NCBI RefSeq assembly: GCF_019746665.1
Contig: NZ_JAIERS010000019.1
Span: forward strand, 2,138-66,137
Length of the DNA: 64,000 nucleotides
Direction of reading: 5' to 3'
Origin: Sphingomonas sp.
GTDB taxonomy: Bacteria; Pseudomonadota; Alphaproteobacteria; Sphingomonadales; Sphingomonadaceae
In this document: one piece after another, positions 54,726 to 64,000 of the stretch
Layout of the letters: each line of letters starts with the position of its first letter
Position numbering within the stretch: the first letter of the stretch is position 1
Notes under the pieces: model-generated
Databases searched by the model: none
What the model was told of the DNA's origin: nothing
Seen by the model: the letters and a program-made list of their open reading frames with translations, nothing else
Program-made: the position numbers and the translations under genes

Positions 54726-55604
54726 TCACCGTAATTGCCAGTTATAGTTGATGTTGCCCCAGCCGCCATTCGCCGTCTGGTAATATTCGCTGGGAAGTTT
54801 CAGCGGCGAACACGCCTTGAACGCGGCGATGCCCAGATCGATCACCCGCCGCGCATAACGGTTATTCTCGCCATCCAGCCCCGCCTGGCGCACGACCTTG
54901 GGATCATCGGCGAGACTGCCATCGGGGTTGAGCCGCAGATTGAGCGTGGTGACGATCTCGTTCGCGCCCGGCCCGGGGTTCACCTGGCGGTCAGCGCAGG
55001 GCTGAATCTGGCGGCGAATGGCGTCCTGGATGCTCGCCAGCGCCTTGGCGTCGATCACCGCGCCCTTGGGGGCGACCGTCTTGCTCGGGCTGGGGGTGTC
55101 GGTCAGCCCTTTCAGAAGCTCGTCGCTCAGGCGCGATCCGCGCGGGCGCGCGGCCTTGGCGGCGTCATTGGCGGCGAGCTGCTTGGGCGCGGGTTTCGCC
55201 GGCGCGGGTTGGGGCGGTGTCTTGGCGAGCGCCGGCGCCGGTTTCGCGGCCGGCTTGGGCTGGGGCGGCTTGGGGGCCGCGACTTCGGCGGGCTTGGGCG
55301 CGGGTTGCGGCTTGGGCGGCGCGGGTTCGGGCGGGCTCGGCCTGGGTACGGGCGGCGCCGGTTCGGGCGGCGGCGGCGCGGCTTCCTCGGGCGGGCCAAG
55401 ATCGGGCGCCTGCGAGGGCGCGGCTTCGACCGTCGCCGGCGCGCTGCTCTGGAGCGCGACCGCGTCGACCAGCGACACGGTCACCGGCACCGTGAGCGGC
55501 TTGGGCGGCACCGGCTTCGCCAACCAGTTGCTCGAAAGCCAGGCGAGCACGGCGAGATGCGCGATCAGCGCGACGCCCAGCCCGGTGCTCTCGGCGCGAT
55601 CCAC
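54726..55604 (-). CDS. tolA: TolA-like cell-envelope integrity protein
   Basis: N-terminal TM helix, a long Pro/Ala/Lys-rich spacer (PPKPQPAPKPAE..), a small C-terminal domain, and its position in the tol operon. Confidence 0.7.
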   Translation of the reverse strand: MDRAESTGLGVALIAHLAVLAWLSSNWLAKPVPPKPLTVPVTVSLVDAVALQSSAPATVEAAPSQAPDLGPPEEAAPPPPEPAPPVPRPSPPEPAPPKPQPAPKPAEVAAPKPPQPKPAAKPAPALAKTPPQPAPAKPAPKQLAANDAAKAARPRGSRLSDELLKGLTDTPSPSKTVAPKGAVIDAKALASIQDAIRRQIQPCADRQVNPGPGANEIVTTLNLRLNPDGSLADDPKVVRQAGLDGENNRYARRVIDLGIAAFKACSPLKLPSEYYQTANGGWGNINYNWQLR

Positions 55605-55607
55605 TCT

Positions 55608-56033
<426 letters not shown>

Positions 56034-56092
56034 GGCTGAACCCTCTTCGGCGAACGGGGATACCCCTCCATCAGCCGCTGGCGCGGCTGCCA

Positions 56093-56168
56093 CCTCCCCT
56101 TGCAGGGGAGGAGCTTGCCAACGATCAGTTCCTCCCCTGCAAGGGGAGGGGGACCATGCGAAGCATGG
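56093..56168. repeat. Two CCTCCCC-N5-GGGGAGG hairpins plus a CCATGC-GAA-GCATGG hairpin inside the tolQ-tolR spacer
   Basis: The three hairpins are at 56093-56111, 56131-56149 and 56154-56168. Confidence 0.7.
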
Positions 56169-56205
56169 TGGAGGGGTGTCCCCATCCGCTCGGGAGCACC
56201 ACCCC

Positions 56206-56904
56206 TCACCGTTTCCCCGCCACTTCGAGCTGGCGGCTGAGCGTCGCGTGGAAGCTGTCGGCGAAGCGGTTGAGCCGCGCCTCGATGCGGTTGATGCGGT
56301 GGCTGAAGCGGTTGTACGCGATCACCGCCGGGATCGCCGCGAACAGCCCGATCGCGGTCGCGAACAGCGCTTCCGCGATGCCCGGTGCCACCACCGCGAG
56401 CGAGGTGCTCTGCGCCTGGGCGATGCCGGTGAAGGCGCGCATGATGCCCCAGACGGTGCCGAACAGCCCGACGAACGGCGCCACCGCGCCCACGGTCGCC
56501 AGGATGTTCAGCCGGTCGGAGAGCGCGTCGATCTCGCTCGCCACCGCCGCGCCCATCGCGGTCGCGAGCCGCTCGCGCGTGCCCTCGCGGTCGATTACCC
56601 CGCCCATCGTCGAGCGGCGCCACTCGCCGACCCCGGCGGCGAAGACGCGCGCGATCGGCAGCCGGTTGTCGCTATGCTGCTTGTAGAAACCGTCGATATC
56701 CTCCGCCCGGTCGAAATCGCGCTCGAACGCCGCGCCCTGGCGGGTGACGCCGCCCAGCTTCAGCGTCGCCGCGATGATGATCGCCCAGGTCCAGATCGAG
56801 GCGAGCAGCAGCCCGATCATCACCAGCTTCACGACGATATCCGCCTGCAGGAACAGCGCGATCGGCGACAAGGTTACGGGGTTGGTATTGAGCGCGAACG
56901 CCAC
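56206..56904 (-). CDS. tolQ: TolQ (MotA/TolQ/ExbB proton-channel family)
   Basis: ..VVKLVMIGLLLASIWTWAIII.. and ..LATVGAVAPFVGLFGTVWGIM... Confidence 0.9.
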   Translation of the reverse strand: MAFALNTNPVTLSPIALFLQADIVVKLVMIGLLLASIWTWAIIIAATLKLGGVTRQGAAFERDFDRAEDIDGFYKQHSDNRLPIARVFAAGVGEWRRSTMGGVIDREGTRERLATAMGAAVASEIDALSDRLNILATVGAVAPFVGLFGTVWGIMRAFTGIAQAQSTSLAVVAPGIAEALFATAIGLFAAIPAVIAYNRFSHRINRIEARLNRFADSFHATLSRQLEVAGKR

Positions 56905-56916
56905 GCGATACTCCTG

Positions 56917-57363
56917 TCAATCCGCCCAAACGAGCGGTGCGAAAGCTTTGATCCAATCGGCCGGCTGGCGGCGCGGCCGGCCACTGGGGGCGACGAACGC
57001 GGCGACGACCTCCGCCGCGCTCAAGCTATCGTCGCCGCGCATGACTCGCTGATGAATGCGGCAGGATGCGGGCCGCACCTCGATCAGGCGCGAGACAACC
57101 ACCAGCGCATCGTCGAGCCGGGCGGGGGCGCGATATTTGATCACGAGTTCGGCGACGGCATAGGCGCCCTCCCCCGCTTCATGCGCCGCGCGCTGGTCGA
57201 TGCCCGCCAGGCGCAGCATGTCGGAGCGGGCACGCTCCATCCAGCGCAGATAATTGGCGTGATAGGCGACGCCCGAAAGATCGGTGTCCTCGAAATAGAC
57301 CCGCACCGGAAAGCGGTGTTCGCGATCGACGAAACGACCGGTCGGGGGCTGATCGAGCGACAT
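56917..57363 (-). CDS. ybgC: YbgC/FadM-family acyl-CoA thioesterase
   Basis: ..FPVRVYFEDTDLSGVAYHANYLRWMERAR.. is the hotdog-fold signature. It is the first gene of the tol cluster. Trimmed from the track start at 57531. Confidence 0.85.
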   Translation of the reverse strand: MSLDQPPTGRFVDREHRFPVRVYFEDTDLSGVAYHANYLRWMERARSDMLRLAGIDQRAAHEAGEGAYAVAELVIKYRAPARLDDALVVVSRLIEVRPASCRIHQRVMRGDDSLSAAEVVAAFVAPSGRPRRQPADWIKAFAPLVWAD

Positions 57364-57439
57364 CGCGGGGGGGTTAACCCGGCGGTGCGACCAAGAAAAC
57401 CCTTGAGTTCGATCCGGCCGCGCGGAGGCGGGCCGGCCG

Positions 57440-58186
57440 CTAATCGAACAACCGCTCCTGCCGGTCCTCGCGCCGGCGCGGGCCGGCCATGCCGCGCCGC
57501 GCCGCCTCCTGCTCGGCGGTGTAGCGCACATCGGGGTCGCGATCGCCGAAGAAGCCGGCGAGCGATTCGTCGCTGATCTCGGCCCAGTCCTTCCCCCGAT
57601 CGGGGCCGAAGCGCACGCGGGGCAGCAGCCCGGGCAGCCGCGACCATTCGAGCAACTGGTCGAGCCCCGCCTCGTTCAGCATGTCGCGCAGATGGTGCGC
57701 CGTGACATAGGCATCGGGAAAGGCGCGGTGGGCGGGCAGGCCGCGTTCATGCTCCAGCCCCTCGGGCCGGCGCCAATAGCGCAGCACCTGGTTCGAGAAA
57801 GCGGGCGAATCGGGCCATAGCCGCAGCGCGCATTTCCAGGTGCAGATCCACTCGGCGCCGTGGCTGAGCGCGGGGGTGCAGAACACCTGCTCGAAATCGG
57901 CGCGGTGCGCGGCGAGCGCGCGGCGACGCGGCCAGGGATCGAGCACGCGGCGCGCGACATCGTGCCAATAGGGCGCGTCGGCCACCTCCTCGTCGAGGAT
58001 ATGGTGGATCGCCTGGGTGATCGGCGGGATCGGGCGCCCGGGATTGACGAGCAACGCCCCGCCCTCGCCCGCGATTTCCCAGCGGCCGTCGGCGCCTTGC
58101 GCGACATCCTGCCAGCCGATCTCGCACACGCCGTGCGCGGGCGGCGCGGGGCCGGTGGTTTCCAGATCGATCACGCGGATGAGCAT
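57440..58186 (-). CDS. DEDD-type 3'-5' exonuclease (ExoX-like) with C-terminal extension
   Basis: MLIRVIDLETTG (Exo I motif DxE), ..AHRADFE.. and ..HRAFPDAYVTAHH.. (Exo III-like H..D). Confidence 0.75.
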   Translation of the reverse strand: MLIRVIDLETTGPAPPAHGVCEIGWQDVAQGADGRWEIAGEGGALLVNPGRPIPPITQAIHHILDEEVADAPYWHDVARRVLDPWPRRRALAAHRADFEQVFCTPALSHGAEWICTWKCALRLWPDSPAFSNQVLRYWRRPEGLEHERGLPAHRAFPDAYVTAHHLRDMLNEAGLDQLLEWSRLPGLLPRVRFGPDRGKDWAEISDESLAGFFGDRDPDVRYTAEQEAARRGMAGPRRREDRQERLFD

Positions 58187-58258
58187 CGCCGCGCTATAGC
58201 GCTTTGCGCCCGCGCGGCTAGCGCCCGTGGCCGCGTTCCGGGCTGTGGCGTACCCGGA

Positions 58259-60859
<2,601 letters not shown>

Positions 60860-60874
60860 CTTGCTTCTTCTTCT

Positions 60875-61052
60875 CCCTCTCCCCTTCAAGGGAGAGGGTC
60901 GGGGTTTCGTCTCCCTCTCCCGCATCCGGGAGAGGGCCGGAATTGCTTCTCCCTCTCCCGCTTGCGGGAGAGGGCCGGGGTGAGGGGATGATCTGGATGC
61001 GGAAGCGCCCGTCCTCCCCCTCTCCCAACCCTCTCCCCTGAAGGGGAGAGGG
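60875..61052. repeat. Array of four hairpins with the identical stem CCCTCTCCC/GGGAGAGGG and different 4-6-nt loops
   Basis: The stems are 60875-60883/60890-60898, 60913-60921/60928-60936, 60951-60959/60966-60974 and 61029-61038/61043-61052. Confidence 0.8.
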
Positions 61053-61061
61053 CTAATCGCT

Positions 61062-62105
61062 TCAAGCCATCGTCATCGCTTCGAGCCCGGCCAGGCGCGT
61101 GCGCACCGGCGGCACCGGCAGCGCGCGCGGGGGCAGGTTTTCCACCGTCCGCGCGATCGCGGCGATGTGATCGGGGGTCGATCCGCAGCAGCCGCCCAGG
61201 ATGTTCACCTGCCCCGCATCGGCCCATTCGCGCACGAAAGCGGCGGTCTGCGCGGGCAGCTCGTCATATTGGCCGAGCTCGTTGGGGAGCCCGGCGTTGG
61301 GATAGACCATGATCAGCGTGTCGGCGAGTTCGGCCAAAGTCTTCACATGCGGGCGCAACTGCTCCGCGCCGAACGAGCAGTTGAGCCCGATCGTCAGCGG
61401 GCGGGCGTGGCGTACCGCGTGCCAGAATGCCTCGACGGTGTGACCGGAGAGGTTGCGCCCCGAAAGATCGGTCAGCGTCATCGACAGCATGATCGGCAGA
61501 TCGCGCCCCAGCGCCTCACCCGCCTCGATCGCCGCCATGATCCCCGCCTTGGCGTTCAGCGTATCGAACACCGTTTCGATCAGCACGAAATCGATCCCGC
61601 CTTCGACCAGCGCGTCGATCTGCTCGCGGTACACGTCCTTCAGCGTGTCGAAGTCGATCTCGCGATAACCGGGATCGTTCACGTCGGGCGAGAGCGACAA
61701 AGTCTTGTTGGTCGGCCCGATCGCGCCGGCGACGAAGCGCGGGCGGCCATCCTGGGCGGTGAATTCGTCCGCCACCTTGCGCGCCAGCCCCGCCGAGGCG
61801 AGGTTGATCTCGCGCACCAGCCCTTCCGCGCCATAATCCGCCTGGCTGATGCGGTTGGCGGAGAAGGTGTTGGTCTCGGCGATGTCGGCGCCCGCCGCGA
61901 AATAGGCGCGGTGGATCGCCTCGGGCACCGCCGGCTTGGTGAGCGCGAGGATGTCGTTATTGCCCTTCTGGTCGTGGCCGAGGCCGAGGTCGCCGGCATA
62001 ATCGGCCTCGACCAGCCCCAGCCGCTGGATTTCGGTGCCGAACGCGCCGTCGGTGATCAGGATGCGCTCGCGCGCCTGGGCGAGGAGGAGGTCGCGGGGG
62101 GTCAT
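61062..62105 (-). CDS. Homocysteine S-methyltransferase domain protein (stand-alone N-terminal module of MetH)
   Basis: ..[14 protein letters not shown].. and ..[13 protein letters not shown].. (Zn-binding Cys pair). 347 aa. Confidence 0.88.
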   Translation of the reverse strand: MTPRDLLLAQARERILITDGAFGTEIQRLGLVEADYAGDLGLGHDQKGNNDILALTKPAVPEAIHRAYFAAGADIAETNTFSANRISQADYGAEGLVREINLASAGLARKVADEFTAQDGRPRFVAGAIGPTNKTLSLSPDVNDPGYREIDFDTLKDVYREQIDALVEGGIDFVLIETVFDTLNAKAGIMAAIEAGEALGRDLPIMLSMTLTDLSGRNLSGHTVEAFWHAVRHARPLTIGLNCSFGAEQLRPHVKTLAELADTLIMVYPNAGLPNELGQYDELPAQTAAFVREWADAGQVNILGGCCGSTPDHIAAIARTVENLPPRALPVPPVRTRLAGLEAMTMA

Positions 62106-62127
62106 GGCTATTTGATCCGATCCGGGT

Positions 62128-63069
62128 TCACGCCGCCGCCTTCGCCGCCGCCGTCCCGGCGCGCAGGCCGAGCAGATGGCAGATCGCGAAGCTCAGCTCG
62201 GCGCGGTTGAGCGTGTAGAAATGGAAATGCCGCACCCCGCCCGCGTACAGCCGGCGGCACAGCTCGGCGGCGATCGTCGCCGCGACCAGCTGGCGCGCGG
62301 GGGGATGATCGTCGAGCCCCTCGAACAGCCGGTCCATCCAGGCCGGGATTTCGGCGCCGCACATCGCCGCGAACTTGCGCGTTTGCGCGACGTTCGACAC
62401 CGGCAGGATGCCCGGCACGATCTCCGCCTCGATCCCCGCCGCCGCCGCTGCGTCGCGGAAGCGGAAGAAGCATTCGGGGGTGAAGAAGAACTGGCTGATC
62501 GCCCGCGTCGCGCCGGCATCGATCTTGCGCTTCAGATTGTCGATGTCGGCAGCGGCGCTCACTGCCTCAGGATGGCATTCGGGATAGGCGGCGACCGAAA
62601 TCTCGAACGGATGCAGCTTCTTCAGGCCGGCGACCAGATCGGCGGCGCTCGCATAGCCTTCGGGGTGCGGGGCGAAGCTTGCGCCCGCGACCGGCGGATC
62701 GCCCCGCAAAGCGACGATATGGCGCACGCCCGCCGCCCAATAGGCATCGGCGATCTCGGCGATTTCCGCCTTGGTCGCCTCGACGCAGGTGAGGTGCGCG
62801 GCGGCCGCCAGCGACGTTTCGCGCTGGATGCGCGCCACCGTCGCATGGGTGCGCTCGCGCGTCGAACCGCCCGCGCCATAGGTGACCGAAACGAAGCGCG
62901 GCCCCAGCGGCTCGAGCGTCTTGATCGCCTCCCACAACTGGCCTTCCATCTTCTCGCTTTTGGGCGGGAAGAATTCGAAGCTCACCTGGGCATCGCCCGC
63001 CAGATCGGCGAACAGCGGCGCATCGAGCGCGCGGCGCGCCTCTTCGAGATCGTGGAACGACATGGTCAT
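62128..63069 (-). CDS. metF: Methylenetetrahydrofolate reductase
   Basis: ..VSFEFFPPKSEKMEGQLW....FVSVTYGAGGSTRERT.. is the MetF pattern. The ATG overlaps the upstream stop (ATGA). Confidence 0.9.
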   Translation of the reverse strand: MTMSFHDLEEARRALDAPLFADLAGDAQVSFEFFPPKSEKMEGQLWEAIKTLEPLGPRFVSVTYGAGGSTRERTHATVARIQRETSLAAAAHLTCVEATKAEIAEIADAYWAAGVRHIVALRGDPPVAGASFAPHPEGYASAADLVAGLKKLHPFEISVAAYPECHPEAVSAAADIDNLKRKIDAGATRAISQFFFTPECFFRFRDAAAAAGIEAEIVPGILPVSNVAQTRKFAAMCGAEIPAWMDRLFEGLDDHPPARQLVAATIAAELCRRLYAGGVRHFHFYTLNRAELSFAICHLLGLRAGTAAAKAAA

Positions 63070-64000
63070 GCGGCAAGCGCCTCTAATTGCGCGCCCGGCT
63101 TGCGGCCGAGCCAGAGTTTGACGGTGAGCGCACCGCCTTCGAGCGTGTCATCGCGCTGCAGCACCAGCCCCGCGGCGGCGAACCAGGCAGCGATCTGATC
63201 GTCGGAAAAGCCCAGGCGGGTATGCCCCTCCTGCGCGCGCAGCTCTTCGCGGTCATGCGGGGCGAAGTCGGCAATCAGCAGCCGGCCGGCCGGCCCCAGC
63301 ACCCGCGCGGCTTCCGCGATCGCGGCGCCAGGCTGCTGCGCGAAGTGAAGCACATGGTGGAACACCGCGACATCGGCGGCAGCATCGCCCAGCGGCAGCG
63401 CGTAAAGGTCCGCCTGGCGCAGCTCGGCATGATCGAGCCCGCGTTCGGCGAGCTTCGCGCGCGCCAGCCGCAGCATTTCGGAGGAACGATCAATCCCCAG
63501 CGCCGCCTTGGCCTGCGGCGCGAACAGCTCGAGCATCCGCCCGGTGCCGGTGCCGATATCCACCAGCCGCGCGATCGGCGCGGCGCCCAGCACCCGCGCC
63601 ATCGCCGCCTCGACCTCGCTTTCGGCGATGTGGAGCGATCGGATCGCGTCCCATTCGCCGGCATGGGTTTCGAACCAGGCGTTCGCCGCCGCCGCGCGAT
63701 CGGCGCGCACCGCGGCGAGGCGGGCGACATCGGCCTCCGCCCAATCGTCGCCATCGCGCCAGGCATCGAGCGCGGCGAGCACCGGGGCGACGCGATCGGC
63801 ATCGCCCTTCGCCACGAACACCCAGCTGCCTTCCTTGCGCCGCTCGACCAGCCCGGCGTCGGCCAATATCTTCACATGGCGGCTGACGCGCGGCTGGCTC
63901 TGCCCCAGCACCTGCGCCAGTTCGCCGACCGACAGCTCCATCGTGCGCACCAGCGCCAGGATGCGGAGCCGCGTCGCATCGGCGAGGGCACGGAAGATAT
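63066..64000 (-). CDS. ArsR/SmtB-family HTH fused to a SAM-dependent methyltransferase domain (5' end beyond the window)
   Basis: The frame stays open to the window edge (..IFRALADATRLRILALVRTMELSVGELAQVLGQSQPRVSRHVKILADAGLV..). A motif-I-like VDIGTGTGRMLE follows. Confidence 0.8.
   Translation of the reverse strand, partial: IFRALADATRLRILALVRTMELSVGELAQVLGQSQPRVSRHVKILADAGLVERRKEGSWVFVAKGDADRVAPVLAALDAWRDGDDWAEADVARLAAVRADRAAAANAWFETHAGEWDAIRSLHIAESEVEAAMARVLGAAPIARLVDIGTGTGRMLELFAPQAKAALGIDRSSEMLRLARAKLAERGLDHAELRQADLYALPLGDAAADVAVFHHVLHFAQQPGAAIAEAARVLGPAGRLLIADFAPHDREELRAQEGHTRLGFSDDQIAAWFAAAGLVLQRDDTLEGGALTVKLWLGRKPGAQLEALAA

Noticed and set aside
54950-55450. Highly repetitive Pro/Ala/Lys-coding DNA and matching Arg/Gly-rich alternative-frame ORFs, considered as a possible tandem-repeat or contingency locus.
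   Set aside because: This is the normal low-complexity periplasm-spanning linker of TolA (..PPKPQPAPKPAEVAAPKPPQPKPAAKP..). The other frames are by-products.
60875-61052. Four evenly sized repeats that superficially resemble a small CRISPR array.
   Set aside because: Each repeat is itself a hairpin (9-10-bp stem, 4-6-nt loop). The spacers between them are irregular (14-54 nt) and partly repeat-derived. There are no cas genes, and the same stem family occurs singly elsewhere (51341-51425, 52636-52659, 56093-56149). It is a REP-type palindrome cluster.

Overview
This is a 64-kb, very GC-rich segment (my hand counts of sampled 60-nt blocks give 58-67% G+C). It looks alphaproteobacterial. Protein sequences, synteny and the palindromic repeat families suggest Sphingomonadaceae, but that is inference because no search was possible.

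Layout:
- 1-17.2 kb is housekeeping: holA-lptE-leuS, xthA, ribA, yggS, lolA, ftsK, a UbiH-family hydroxylase and a thioredoxin-TPR protein.
- tRNA-Gly(GCC) sits at 17250-17324, followed by a truncated hydrolase fragment.
- The next ~18 kb hold regulator, detoxification and oxidoreductase genes: MarR, TetR, two LysR, GST, MAPEG, NmrA, AzoR, SDR, ADH, YeeE, DUF2339 and an orphan double AAA+ ATPase. No integrase is present.
- 35.1-38.4 kb holds an ABC-F ATPase and an Hsp70-like gene.
- 38.6-48.0 kb is the standout locus (below).
- 48.5-64 kb holds a sugar-acid dehydratase and dehydrogenase, an SPFH-RHH pair, ybgC-tolQRAB-pal, an exonuclease, a split metH, metF and an ArsR-methyltransferase fusion.

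The standout is a minus-strand two-gene cassette driven from a ~40% G+C promoter region. It encodes a 292-aa protein made of three ~97-aa repeats, each with a DHH motif. This is followed by an uninterrupted 2,784-aa protein with these parts:
- an SpvB/TcB-like N-terminus;
- YD/RHS repeats;
- a canonical RHS-associated core ending in DPSGQ;
- a 282-aa Gly/Ala-rich, hydrophobic-ended C-terminal cargo.

No TcA, T6SS, two-partner-secretion or immunity gene is present anywhere in the window.

Many long ORFs in the six-frame track are antisense or out-of-frame shadows typical of high-GC DNA and were not called. Several track starts use TTG or GTG and were re-trimmed using RBS and signal-peptide logic.
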